The position numbers and the translations under genes were made by a program. A model generated the notes under the pieces. It was not told where the DNA came from and made no database searches. It saw only the letters and a program-made list of their open reading frames with translations. Of a stretch of DNA of 64,000 bases, positions 54,801 to 64,000 are shown piece after piece (positions within the stretch are counted from its first letter, which is position 1; each line of letters opens with the position of its first letter). Location: positions 62,001 through 126,000 of the IMG/VR virus record IMGVR_UViG_3300020147_000065; one strand, given 5' to 3'.

Positions 54801-57511
54801 TCGTTTTGAGCACCGAAAGGAACATGAACCGTTACATCATCTTTGAAGCTGACCACGGACATTCGGTAGTCTCCACCTGAAATTTCGTGGATCAAGTTCA
54901 TTGTGTCAAGTAATTCATTCTTAACACTTTCTAATGTTCCGCCCATGCTACCCGTGTCGTCAATAATAAACGCTACGTCGGTAGGACCACATAATGAACC
55001 TGGTTCATTTCCTGTGGAAGCTTCGGCCACAAGGTCAGAAACAAAACAGTTCAAGAATCTGTCCCATGTGAACATTACTGGACGACCATCATAATCTACT
55101 TCAGCGATGTACTGGTTCTCGTAATCAACGACCTTGTTTCCACCTGTTCCACTGATTACCTTATAGCCGATGACCAAAAGCTTCCATACGTCAGGATTGT
55201 CTGTTGGATAAGGTGTGGCTTTAGTAACACGAAACTCAAAATCAAGTTCTCGCCATTTTTCTCCGTCCGTAAGAGCAAATATTGGTTCTTCTGAACGATA
55301 GGCGTCAGTTACAACCCCTTTATCGTTAGGCACACCTCTTCCTCTCTTACCGAATAACAACATATTGTTGTTAACATTTATTAAGTGTTGCCATTGATAC
55401 TCACGGGCATCAAATTCACGACTTGTGTCGAGAACGGTTGTGGTAATATCACCCGTTTCTTTTGTTTTCCTTTGCCAACCAGACGAGCCGAGGCTAACCA
55501 ACCCCTGGATTGCATTTTCATATCCAGTTGGTTTTTCCTCTACTACTCCCCATAGGTTGTTCATCCATTTTTCAATGGACATGGGTCCATGAAAAGGTGT
55601 GCCTTCTGACGCGTTTTTCTGATTACCATTTACTTGATAAACGGCATTAAAGAATGGCGATACAGAAGAAAATGAACCAAGCTTTTCTCCGGCATAGTAA
55701 AGAGTATTCCCGATAGATTTTAATGCTTGTCCACCAGGAGAACCAGATGTGTTTAAAGGATAAGACAACAACCTGGTAGTAACAGTTGGACGATTGACGA
55801 ACAACTTGTAAAGAGTGGTTTTGCTTAATAAGAATACATCACCGTTATCAGAAATCTCAATAGATGTTGCAGAGTGATCCTGTAATGAACCCTCGACAGT
55901 TAAAGAGAAAGGATTAGGTGTTGTGGCAATGACTACCGCTTCAAGACCTGAATCAGTAGAGACATTTTCTTTGATGTTCCAAAGAGTTATGTAGTTACCC
56001 TCTGGAGTAGATCGTTCTCCAGCAGCTAATATACTTCCAGCTTCAGCCAGTACAGTACCGTCATTTTGCACGAGATCGTTTTGAAGATATATCACTTTGT
56101 TGATATATCGCATCATGGGATCAAGACTGTAATAAATTCGGTTTTCTCCAGCATTTGTGATAGATTCCTCAAACATTTGCCATTCATTAATAATGATTTC
56201 TGTTCGAGGCCCAACCACGGTGTCTTCATCAAAGTAAACTGTTTTACTTTGACTGGCTGTAAACTTAATTCGATAGGATTTATATGCGACATCATTCTCA
56301 AAAGCAAAGAATGAAACCTGACCGTGCTTAATAGTGGAGTTTGTGATTACTTGGAGAATATCAAATGTGGCGAAATCATCATTAGATGCTTCAAGTTGCC
56401 ATGATTTAGGGAGCCATGTGATGGGTCCACCGATTCCACATAAGAGCGCATAACTCTTGATTATCTTTTCGTTTCCTGTGCCGTAATCAAATGTGAGGTA
56501 TGCTGGGAGTTCTCCACCATCATCATTTTGATTTTTAGTCGTCCAGAAATCATTTCCAGTACCATTAAATGCATTTTCAGCGAGATCATCATTGTAAGAA
56601 GCTGATGAAGTACCGCCACCCTGTGCTTGATCCACAAATACTGGGCGCTCAATGCGATATAAGGTTGGTCCTGCTGTGTTTATTGTAGACTCGTTATAAG
56701 TCCATGTTGCAGGTAAAGAAGAGGAGTCCTGACATAGAATTTTTAAAGTTGTCCATTCTCCATCTGATTCACCAGCACCAGTTAGATAACCAATCCACTT
56801 GGGGTTGTCTTTCTGTACACCTGAAGCAAGGATTGCAGCTCTTTGTAGAAGCAAAGGGTGATTGCGGTCAGAAGGTACTTTTCCAATGTTATAAAAAGGA
56901 TCATATACCCATGATTTACCATCTTCAATATATGTTACAGCAGCGGTTGGTTTGTATCCAGGAGGAAGCAAATAAGGTTGTTCCGCTCTAACTTTTATAC
57001 GAAGTAACAGAGAACCTGGTGAAAGCGTAAACACACCACTGGTGATTTTACCATCGGTGGCAGCACTCTGTTTAAATGAACCGGCGGCCATTATGTACCC
57101 GGTTTCACTCTCTTGAATTTCGTAAAGGTAAGTTGGATTTACTGAAGCGGCTGCATTATCGAGGGAGAAGGAAAATCTGTATTCGCCCTCTTCTACAATT
57201 TGTACTCTATCTCCCCCGTGGGTTGCTTGTGTAGAAGTCCCTAACAGCTTTAAATCACGAATACGAGTCTTAATAACAGGAGAATAAGCACCACGGACTA
57301 AAGCACCTTTACCACCGGCTCTACCTTCTGTAAGAAAGTCCCAGGTTTCAAAGTCGCTTTCCCACGAATCTGTTTGAGCACAAACCCAGTATGCATCAGC
57401 AAGACGGAAGGTTTCTTTTGCAATAAAAGTATATACCTTTCCATTAACTACGTGTCCCTGTATGGGCTTGATGATGTCAACAATGTTAACCTTTGGATTT
57501 CTTAGTGCCAT
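51890..57511 (-). CDS. Large virion protein with discoidin (F5/8-C)-like domain, vWA domain and Cys-rich repeats
   Basis: AENAFNG..W...PKSWQLEASND...YRI; VAFIIDDTGSM, GGGDEPEA, LVTDAHPH; LP.YL.W...CW.P repeats. Confidence 0.75.
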   Translation of the reverse strand: MALRNPKVNIVDIIKPIQGHVVNGKVYTFIAKETFRLADAYWVCAQTDSWESDFETWDFLTEGRAGGKGALVRGAYSPVIKTRIRDLKLLGTSTQATHGGDRVQIVEEGEYRFSFSLDNAAASVNPTYLYEIQESETGYIMAAGSFKQSAATDGKITSGVFTLSPGSLLLRIKVRAEQPYLLPPGYKPTAAVTYIEDGKSWVYDPFYNIGKVPSDRNHPLLLQRAAILASGVQKDNPKWIGYLTGAGESDGEWTTLKILCQDSSSLPATWTYNESTINTAGPTLYRIERPVFVDQAQGGGTSSASYNDDLAENAFNGTGNDFWTTKNQNDDGGELPAYLTFDYGTGNEKIIKSYALLCGIGGPITWLPKSWQLEASNDDFATFDILQVITNSTIKHGQVSFFAFENDVAYKSYRIKFTASQSKTVYFDEDTVVGPRTEIIINEWQMFEESITNAGENRIYYSLDPMMRYINKVIYLQNDLVQNDGTVLAEAGSILAAGERSTPEGNYITLWNIKENVSTDSGLEAVVIATTPNPFSLTVEGSLQDHSATSIEISDNGDVFLLSKTTLYKLFVNRPTVTTRLLSYPLNTSGSPGGQALKSIGNTLYYAGEKLGSFSSVSPFFNAVYQVNGNQKNASEGTPFHGPMSIEKWMNNLWGVVEEKPTGYENAIQGLVSLGSSGWQRKTKETGDITTTVLDTSREFDAREYQWQHLINVNNNMLLFGKRGRGVPNDKGVVTDAYRSEEPIFALTDGEKWRELDFEFRVTKATPYPTDNPDVWKLLVIGYKVISGTGGNKVVDYENQYIAEVDYDGRPVMFTWDRFLNCFVSDLVAEASTGNEPGSLCGPTDVAFIIDDTGSMGGTLESVKNELLDTMNLIHEISGGDYRMSVVSFKDDVTVHVPFGAQNDNDVIAAISALTAGGGGDEPEASSAALQTVVDELAERPGQNGDFTPFRKNVLKIAILVTDAHPHDIGISGYEDGRDDVFAHEMAVKAMEKGILVSAVYVPTYYNQRIVEIMQDYAATTGGQYLETERSGAGAGAAFQEILANCGGLRFPKNTGNIEDFAPYWWWLDGEWVLKNNPPEDNTFYLTRTITNGKVSYCAPCPERMPEDNFAFVYDADDAGFVMLDFDVKSRLYINSSDSLPDYLNWEVDEWVPSDIAGTTFLEKQILATPDRIVYVPGGALPYAITADTNDAIQYGGLSPWGVRPRPQTLLIYRDADDQFVVSIENLKYRYGLEPTDSLLDAVINFQGYCWDNDVATTDYSLTKSVTATEVIYQGTGSLPYDASDWCNRGLLRNDHEWCPVDYDSPTWYCSCDRCTCYCIDKELLERDFGITPNMLPPFLVWDSVTGCWLPSATEPTDTSVSYLELSVNGDLVCYSLVQGSTPEPNCPVDGYGGISFVTIDGPWCTKKTEVPIIVWRPSTNSFCGKIAELRYHYGIRVELLPDFLSWLSGSQCWVPETSEPTTGLYLEKTVGTERFCYELKEVGNLSPEWPYDVTDWDNRALAICGNKWCSTEVGPPIVPRGCSEDFCILIDYLDSFGLEPSDLPQYLVLNNNTLCWVPATEVADNQVYLEQQLSVDTMCYIQNGSLPSTYDLISYPGIAIGSGATDPWCPRYIQPATLQWDDGVCFWIERSLLQTVYGITDLSCLPPYIVWDGECWIPSDTASGVYLEKFVSGSRLSYCLTTGSLPYDPNDPAYGRGILLGWNSRYCPVIIGFPYNPVTCPVIRLIGDKPVVGKIIAGVFVPCDPDDADDAEKGMPPGTLWKIIYLPPHGAPVNMFELVDTTLDHRLTELDRRYRIAWYREAREEDYIPITKDESGNFDPTEQSALLKTFNKRVRFERLTKTPQPYSRGIEVIVLAAPQLERMKVPAIARII

Positions 57512-58046
57512 GTTCTATTTCCCTGTAGATGACTTCGGTAAGATGATTTACCAGTTTCTCTCTGTTTTTCTTAAAAGTGGAGTCTGCATAATTCCTTTTA
57601 CCTTTTGTGCTGAGTTGAGGAATTACTTTACATTGTATATGTGCATCTAAAGGATGCATTAAGTAGTGGAGAAGTTCGTGGATAATAACTTTCTTTCCAA
57701 AGGCATTCTTTTTAAGTTCGGTACTTAATTCAATACTACAATTACCTTTTGGACAATCTGAAAGAAACACACCCCACCATGACGAACGACCTCCCGGTTT
57801 CTCTTGAAAAGAAACCGGGAGGTCTGATATATCAATATCCAGGTGATTAGCTACCTTATGCAAATATGTCGTTATCCACGCGGGTATCTTCGAGTCCAAC
57901 GCGGTGCTTTTCGTACCAGAGATATTTTGCTGCTTCGAATCCTGAGGTCCAGTCATCATAACCGTAGTCATAAACCTTAATCTTTGGATTTCTATCCCAA
58001 CCAAATGGACTCGCCAAAATAAAGTTGCAGATACGCATCTTACCAA
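57486..58046 (-). CDS. HExxH zincin-like protein; true start probably further downstream (about 57899-57959)
   Basis: VIIHELLHY...E. Confidence 0.55.
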   Translation of the reverse strand: MVRCVSATLFWRVHLVGIEIQRLRFMTTVMMTGPQDSKQQNISGTKSTALDSKIPAWITTYLHKVANHLDIDISDLPVSFQEKPGGRSSWWGVFLSDCPKGNCSIELSTELKKNAFGKKVIIHELLHYLMHPLDAHIQCKVIPQLSTKGKRNYADSTFKKNREKLVNHLTEVIYREIEHGTKKSKG

Positions 58047-58602
58047 AGATAGGTTGAAAATGATTGCGATATGCGCTAAGCTGATATTTATTTTTTACGG
58101 TTGCCTTCATTGGAAATTTGAAGGAGTTCTTTTTGAACTTTAAGTCAGCAAGCAGCAGTTCGCCATTCTTTAAACGAAGCAGTTGGTCGGCTGTTCCTCC
58201 ATACCCAAGAGTAGCATCAGCAAAAAATTCTTCGCAAAAGATGGCTGAATCAACATTTTCGTCCACCCATTCAAAATAGGGTTGAACCATTTTTAAATGC
58301 TTATCAGTGTATTCACAAGTAAATGGTAAGTTTTGTACATAAGCTTCCGCTAAATTGTGACAGATACTACCAAAATCAGCACTTGTGGTATCTTTATAAG
58401 CGAGAGCTTCCGCTTTATCGCCATTTTTAATGTAATGTTCTACGCAATTTTTAATGTACCATTTCATCAGGTACTCGCCTTCGTTGATGATGTCAAGAAT
58501 TTCAGTCACCGAAGGAACAAAACCTTTTTCGAGAGCAGCCCAGACTTCCCAATCTTCTCTGACTTCTAATCTCTCACAGGTTTCAGGACAATATAATCTC
58601 AT
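57856..58602 (-). CDS. PD-(D/E)XK exonuclease (Cas4/RecB-like)
   Basis: PSVTEIL, G..CH..E, YGGTAD, ADLK, QLSAY. Confidence 0.85.
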   Translation of the reverse strand: MRLYCPETCERLEVREDWEVWAALEKGFVPSVTEILDIINEGEYLMKWYIKNCVEHYIKNGDKAEALAYKDTTSADFGSICHNLAEAYVQNLPFTCEYTDKHLKMVQPYFEWVDENVDSAIFCEEFFADATLGYGGTADQLLRLKNGELLLADLKFKKNSFKFPMKATVKNKYQLSAYRNHFQPIFGKMRICNFILASPFGWDRNPKIKVYDYGYDDWTSGFEAAKYLWYEKHRVGLEDTRVDNDIFA

Positions 58603-58930
58603 TTAAATCTCCAAACAAATCCGCGATGGGTTTTAGTGATACCTCTACAACATTGACTAACTCTTTTTCTACTAAAATTACCAATTTCTTCGGTATCTTT
58701 GATAGAACCCCATTCTTTAACCAAAACGTTTTCCTTTGTGTATTGACACACTGATTTGTGGTTGGCCCTGTTTGTTTTGTCTACACTTTGTTTACTTCTT
58801 TTGACCCCTAATTTTGCGTTTCGGAGTTTTTCTCGTACTTCTTCTGAAATTTTATATCCAAGATAGCCTTCTCCACCATCCTAACTTCGCTCGTTTTGGG
58901 GTCAACCAAGGCATATATATGTGTGTCCAT
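58599..58930 (-). pseudogene. Decayed GIY-YIG homing endonuclease (catalytic core deleted, NUMOD-like DNA-binding tail intact)
   Basis: MDTHIYALVDPKTSEVR joined out of frame to DGGEG...SEEVREKLRNAKLG...KSVCQYT...KEWGSI...CCRG..KTHRGFVWRFK*. Confidence 0.85.
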
Positions 58931-58979
58931 TAAGTCACCTCATTACTAATTATACCGGATCAGGAGTGGTTTGTCAAGC

Positions 58980-60326
58980 TTAAAACTTCCATTCTCCGGT
59001 TGTATCATCGTAAAGCCAGTTAGATTCTCTTTCAAGAACTGGTGACTCAACAGTTGCACCATCAACTTCAAGGTTGATGGGGCCACCAGCATCTTCTGGA
59101 TTCTGCCCAAACTTCCCACCGATGACATATGCACCATCACTACGGAGTAATGCAGCAGGATTAACTTCTCCCACACCCAAATAGGTTGTGCGAACGATGT
59201 CTGACACCAAACGCTCAAGGGAAACACGGTCACCCTGCTGAATAGAAGCGATTTTTTCATCTAATTTAGATAAAATATCCTTTTCTATTCTCAAAACAGC
59301 CTTGTAAGTGGATTCCCAAGACACAGAAACGTCTGCGGGATTGAATTTAAGTTGGTCAGCGTTTCCAAGAACGACACCAGTTCCTCCTCCGCCACCGCCG
59401 TTTCCTCCGCCACCGCCACCTGAACCAATCAGAGTTGTGAGGTAGTTAAGGTCAGCCTGTAACGAAGCAAGTGTTGGAATTTTATCAGCTACCGATAAGT
59501 CAATAGCCGTAACAAGACCCGATTTAATTTCCACTGAACCTATGATCCATCGGCCATCAGGTCTTGGTGTGATTATAGTGGTATCCCAAATAATATCATA
59601 GATGACACCACCATCGTCATCAGACCTTGCGGCCATATAACCATAGTACTTTCCGTCTGTTAAGAAATCAGGTGAGTTTTCGCTGTCTATTTCAAACTCA
59701 TTTAAATCACTTGCAAGTGAGAAGAAACGCGCACCTGGAAACCAGTTTGCGTCATCTGTCCCCACACCTGGTCCAGATTGAAAATATCCAGGTGAAAGAA
59801 ATAGAAGATTGTTATCGGGAGTATTTGTTGTAAGATCACACCCAACAATTTTTCCAACACCTTCTTTTAGATAACGAGCAAGAGAGTCTTCCTCGTCTTT
59901 GGTGTTGATATAATCGTTTGCGGCGTCGAGTTCAGCTTGAAGTGCTGCCGTGAAATCTTCACCATACAAAGGTGTAGTCAGTGAAGGACGAAGAGGATAA
60001 CGCTCTCGAAACGAAGTACGGAAAAAATAAACGGTTGAAGTAGTATCATCTGCCACTACCTCGGTTCCGGTTGTGTCAAGCTTACCATGCAAAAGCCACT
60101 GGGCTTCGTACACCGTGGATGGCGTTAAATCTTCCACATAGAAAACTCTAACACTCTTACTTAAAACATATTCAATCCAGTCTGTTTCTCCACTTTTACG
60201 TATACGAAGGGTATATGTTTGTGCAATAGCTGTTTTGTCGGCGTTGCTATACCTTTCGGTCGCAAAGGCTACCTTAACAGAGTGGATACGAATTGGAATT
60301 GGTTGATCTGGTATTTCAAAAGACAT
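58980..60326 (-). CDS. Putative virion/tail protein with N-terminal FN3-like domain and poly-Gly linker
   Basis: EDLTPSTVYEA; GSGGGGGGNGGGGGG. Confidence 0.6.
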   Translation of the reverse strand: MSFEIPDQPIPIRIHSVKVAFATERYSNADKTAIAQTYTLRIRKSGETDWIEYVLSKSVRVFYVEDLTPSTVYEAQWLLHGKLDTTGTEVVADDTTSTVYFFRTSFRERYPLRPSLTTPLYGEDFTAALQAELDAANDYINTKDEEDSLARYLKEGVGKIVGCDLTTNTPDNNLLFLSPGYFQSGPGVGTDDANWFPGARFFSLASDLNEFEIDSENSPDFLTDGKYYGYMAARSDDDGGVIYDIIWDTTIITPRPDGRWIIGSVEIKSGLVTAIDLSVADKIPTLASLQADLNYLTTLIGSGGGGGGNGGGGGGTGVVLGNADQLKFNPADVSVSWESTYKAVLRIEKDILSKLDEKIASIQQGDRVSLERLVSDIVRTTYLGVGEVNPAALLRSDGAYVIGGKFGQNPEDAGGPINLEVDGATVESPVLERESNWLYDDTTGEWKF

Positions 60327-60327
60327 T

Positions 60328-60612
60328 TTACCTGTCCCTAACTACTAAAAAGTAGCGATTGGCTTTTCTCTTAGATAAATTTGCGGGTACGACAACATCT
60401 TCGCTATCAGGTCCGTAATCACTAAAACCTAACACGAATACCCTTCGGGTAGCTCCATCGTATTCGACAAATGGAGACGGTTCAGAGAAGTCTGATGCTC
60501 CAACAGAACCCGATGGGTTACGTGTTGATTGAGTGGGTAGCGCAGAATGGCCACCCACTCGATCTCTCAACGCTTGAAGGAGAGCAGATAATTCATCACG
60601 TATTACAATCAT
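60328..60612 (-). CDS. Small hypothetical structural-module protein
   Basis: ATGA coupling to the upstream large gene. Confidence 0.6.
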   Translation of the reverse strand: MIVIRDELSALLQALRDRVGGHSALPTQSTRNPSGSVGASDFSEPSPFVEYDGATRRVFVLGFSDYGPDSEDVVVPANLSKRKANRYFLVVRDR

Positions 60613-63600
60613 TCTGTTCCTCCAGCAGCTATCAGATTAGATAAAGCTTTTTGTTCAGCTTTATTTAAAGGCGTAATAACTAAACCCATACGATGACTTT
60701 CTGGTTCCGGTTGAACATCGAGAACTTTCCATGACATACCAACTGCTGCTGCAATATCACCAGTAGTTTCACTTGCACCGCCAATGGCAAAAAAGCCATT
60801 GGCGTCACCAAACATTGGTTCAGCTAATTCATACACACCGGTACCAAACTTCTGTTTCATTGGGTCTGGTTCAACGAATATAACATCTCCTGGCATCAGG
60901 AAGACATTAAGTGGAATTTTGGTTGTATACTCTTCACGTATAGGAAATACTTTGTTGTAAAGGTAGAACAATTTCTGTATCAACTCATTACGAGTCTTAG
61001 CCTCAGGCATGTCTACTGTTGGCATTTCCTTATGGTGACCAAGGTAGTGAGACTGTTGGTTCATAGAAATAACAGTATCGTTTTCCAGGTCTTCGCCAGG
61101 ATCAGCGTGAGCAATAACTTCCTTCTTTTTAAATCCAATGGTCATAGGCTTTTTGGTCTTTGGATCAGGAGCACCAGTCACCTTAACCACAGAGAAAAAG
61201 TCAGCCATAGTTCTCTTTCGAGTAATAGGTTCAAAATATATGTATTGTCTCACACGTTCAGGATCAACCTGAGACGGTTCAGGAATCGGGTTGGTACCAC
61301 TCGGTGGTTGTGACAATTGCTCTTCGACTAATTCAGCCGAGCGCCGGCTGCGATAGATGAAGTAGTTTCCCCAACGGGGGTCTTTACGTAGATTAAATGG
61401 ACCATCCAGGCGGACCTTACCTGCTTGGCTTACCCACAAATTATCTTCACCAAGAGCACTAAATCCATAGGTACCTAACAAAGTCATTACTCCTTCGAGT
61501 CTGTTCCTCTGATTATCCCATGTAAAGCTGCTATGCTGTCCAGGAATAGAGATAGGAAGAATCTTCTGGTTGTTCTGACTGTTGTTTGAAGTTGTTCCAG
61601 TAAAAATCGTTGTGGGGCTGATTTGTGTCATTTGTGATGGCATGTATCCACCATTACGCAGCATGACACGAACAGCTTCTTTATAAGGGTAACCTTCCAC
61701 GATGAGATTTTCTGACATTAACTTGTCTTCAAGAAAGCGTAAGTTATCAGTTGCGTTGAATGTAGTCCTTGTACCCTTAGTTTGATAAATACCACCAGGA
61801 ATACCAGAACCGGCGTCACGAGGCTGTGTTACCGTCAACAAATCACTTGTTTGTGAATCTGTGATATAACCATCCGTCATAATATAATATGGCGTTTCTT
61901 TCCACCAATAGATGATGTCAACCAGCTTTCCTGATAAGAAATCAGGAATTTTCTTAGTGTCATCATCCGGTATTTCGTTTTTATATGTGAGGGTGACCTG
62001 ATAAATTAATCGTCTTTTACCTGAGTCAAATGTTGGCTCTACAGTAATATTGTAAGTATCCTGATCGAGCACATGAGGGGTAACAACTACAGGCGCATCA
62101 GTTTCCTTGTCATAAGTAGGTGCGTCCCAGTTATCGGCTTCTGCTAAAATGTTAATGAAGCCGCGGAAAAGAATTGGTACCGCAGAAACAATTTTTGTTT
62201 CCGGGTCTTTCCAGATGGGTGTAAGCATTATTCGGATGTGGTACATCGAATAACCTACTGTCATTTCTTTGATTTTGAATGGATCAGTTAGATTACCACT
62301 GTTGAATTCATACCATGTGGTATAGTCGTCAATATCCTTCGGGTCCACCGCACCCGACAAAGCCGCAGGAACAATATCAGCGTAAATTGTTCCCCCCTTA
62401 GATTGGATTTGTCCGTAATTCTTTACATGAGCTGTCAAATTAGGATAGCCAGGCAAGTTCGTAATTAAAGAAACGTGAGTTTCCTGTCCGATTACTGAAC
62501 CCTCATCCACTTGCTCAAATTTTTCACAACTAAGAATTGACGGGTCTGGTTTGTTGGCTTTTTCTGGATCAACGGTTCCGGTTCCAGTAGCCGGAACCGT
62601 TGGTAGGGTAGGTGGTAGAGAAGTACCTCCACCACCTATCTTAAATTTATTCTCAGTTAATACAGGAATATAAATTGTAGCACAGTTTGCACGACATTCA
62701 TCGTAAGCAAACGTAAAGCTTCCTCCGGTACCATTTATCTTCACTTGATATGGTGCAGTAGGCGACTTTCCACCACGCAAGATGAATCCATAAGAATCCT
62801 TGCTAAGAAGACGAACATTGGTATCCGTATTCATGTATTTGTTTACTTTAGTATTCTTCGAAAGAAACTCTGCGTCTTTGAATACATGAATATCCTTGGT
62901 TGATCCTCCATCATTCGAAAACTCAAAGAGAACTACACCAATACCATAGTCAACTATTTTTATGTAGAGCGGCTTATCTACAGCCTGTGTGTTCATTAAA
63001 TAAACACTATCGGTCTGGCTATATATAACTCTCTCAAGTGCGGAAATTCTACGCTTTAAAATCTCATCAAGTCCACGACTAACCTTAATGCGGTGAATTT
63101 CCTTGTTTATCGCATCCAGTTCAGTCTTCATTGCGGCTTTTTCCGCCGGAGTATTCACAGGAGGCTTGCGACCCTTACGTAAATCACGATAGTGCTTACG
63201 TCGAGCATGTTTCTTATCCTGTTGAGTCTTCAATTTATCAATTTCTTCCTGAGCAGCCGCAGTAACTTCATTGATGGAATCCTGCGTGGTTAGCGGAGGG
63301 TTATTCAATGTAAGTTTAATCTTCATGGCTTCTAACGCCATTTCTGCATCCGTTACGTTAGCAAAGTTGTTATATTCTGCTTGCAGGGCCGCGTATATCT
63401 CAGGAGAAAGATACTTCTGTGCATATGTAGTCAGGTATTGCTGAACTTCCTGCGCAGACCTTTTTCTCTTGATTTCAATTTGTTGACCTTTATCCAGAGT
63501 TACGCGTAAAAATTCACCTACGTCGAAGTGAATACGTGAACGCTCCATGTTCTCTACACCGCTTTCCATGAATAACTTCAGGTAGATTGGTTGACCAGCA

Positions 63601-63998
63601 TCAAACTTCTTCAAGCAATCAATTTTAAAAGGTGTAAAGGGCTGTGACTCTGTGCGCTCAATAGCGGAAAGGCCAGGAAGTCCAAAAACTTCCTGGTCGC
63701 CTTCTTCAATATCAAGATTATTCTTTAATGAAGCCTTTTGATCACCAAGAGCACCATATGCGGTTAAGTCCGGTGAACCGTTATTCATACTTGCTTTAAC
63801 GGTTGGGTCGCTCATAACTGCCGCTAACTTGGTTTCAAGATCAAGCAACACGGTGTTACCTGGAGAAGTAGGCGGTGTAGTACGAGGAAAGATCGTCTGT
63901 AGTTGAATACCGTTCTTGAAACTTGTGTCTTCCTGAGTACGATGATCATTAATTAAAGTAAGCGCGTTAGATAAGTCCTGGGGACCACCGGCTTCAAT
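60609..63998 (-). CDS. Large putative tail/baseplate hub-like protein; 5' end lies outside the window
   Basis: Frame is open from 63998 to the stop at 60609; C-terminal pattern (VKVTG...PGDVIFV) resembles tail hub proteins. Confidence 0.55.
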   Translation of the reverse strand: MEAGGPQDLSNALTLINDHRTQEDTSFKNGIQLQTIFPRTTPPTSPGNTVLLDLETKLAAVMSDPTVKASMNNGSPDLTAYGALGDQKASLKNNLDIEEGDQEVFGLPGLSAIERTESQPFTPFKIDCLKKFDAGQPIYLKLFMESGVENMERSRIHFDVGEFLRVTLDKGQQIEIKRKRSAQEVQQYLTTYAQKYLSPEIYAALQAEYNNFANVTDAEMALEAMKIKLTLNNPPLTTQDSINEVTAAAQEEIDKLKTQQDKKHARRKHYRDLRKGRKPPVNTPAEKAAMKTELDAINKEIHRIKVSRGLDEILKRRISALERVIYSQTDSVYLMNTQAVDKPLYIKIVDYGIGVVLFEFSNDGGSTKDIHVFKDAEFLSKNTKVNKYMNTDTNVRLLSKDSYGFILRGGKSPTAPYQVKINGTGGSFTFAYDECRANCATIYIPVLTENKFKIGGGGTSLPPTLPTVPATGTGTVDPEKANKPDPSILSCEKFEQVDEGSVIGQETHVSLITNLPGYPNLTAHVKNYGQIQSKGGTIYADIVPAALSGAVDPKDIDDYTTWYEFNSGNLTDPFKIKEMTVGYSMYHIRIMLTPIWKDPETKIVSAVPILFRGFINILAEADNWDAPTYDKETDAPVVVTPHVLDQDTYNITVEPTFDSGKRRLIYQVTLTYKNEIPDDDTKKIPDFLSGKLVDIIYWWKETPYYIMTDGYITDSQTSDLLTVTQPRDAGSGIPGGIYQTKGTRTTFNATDNLRFLEDKLMSENLIVEGYPYKEAVRVMLRNGGYMPSQMTQISPTTIFTGTTSNNSQNNQKILPISIPGQHSSFTWDNQRNRLEGVMTLLGTYGFSALGEDNLWVSQAGKVRLDGPFNLRKDPRWGNYFIYRSRRSAELVEEQLSQPPSGTNPIPEPSQVDPERVRQYIYFEPITRKRTMADFFSVVKVTGAPDPKTKKPMTIGFKKKEVIAHADPGEDLENDTVISMNQQSHYLGHHKEMPTVDMPEAKTRNELIQKLFYLYNKVFPIREEYTTKIPLNVFLMPGDVIFVEPDPMKQKFGTGVYELAEPMFGDANGFFAIGGASETTGDIAAAVGMSWKVLDVQPEPESHRMGLVITPLNKAEQKALSNLIAAGGTE

Positions 63999-64000
63999 AA

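Noticed and set aside
57856-58602. Cas4-like gene as evidence of CRISPR-Cas
   Set aside because: No array or other cas genes; stand-alone nucleases of this type are common in phages
1-64000. Alternative genetic code, tRNA genes, integrase or reverse transcriptase
   Set aside because: Genes tile densely under the standard code; no tRNA-like sequence, recombinase or RT motifs were seen by eye

Overview
This 64 kb window is a densely packed segment of a large tailed dsDNA bacteriophage genome (standard genetic code, sigma70-type promoters; no rRNA, tRNA or CRISPR seen). It has four strand blocks. (1) + strand, 1-23.4 kb: nucleotide metabolism, replication and accessory genes (ThyX-like fragment, Tpt1/KptA, MazG-like, Prim-Pol, BCS1-like AAA ATPase, HAD phosphatase, stand-alone CHASE3-like sensor, DEDDh exonuclease, RecA, RlpA-like, dUTPase, class II RNR, HNH, GH1-like hydrolase, M15-like peptidase, dNMP kinase). 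(2) - strand, 23.4-34.1 kb: accessory block holding a macrodomain gene and an operon of PP2C phosphatase, YegI-type Ser/Thr kinase, NADAR-like protein, nicotinamidase and vWA protein. (3) + strand, 34.2-39.1 kb: a second Prim-Pol/wHTH, family B DNA polymerase and an intact GGDEF diguanylate cyclase. (4) - strand, 39.1-64 kb: probable virion/tail module with two very large adhesin-like proteins flanking a four-gene glycosylation/methylation cassette, plus a decayed GIY-YIG homing endonuclease. The strongest candidate for an undescribed system is the phage-borne TerY-P-like kinase/phosphatase/vWA triad merged with NAD+/ADP-ribose enzymes. Next are the phage c-di-GMP cyclase (with a distant orphan sensor) and the probable virion glycosylation locus. 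All protein calls come from motif recognition by eye; no database searches were run.
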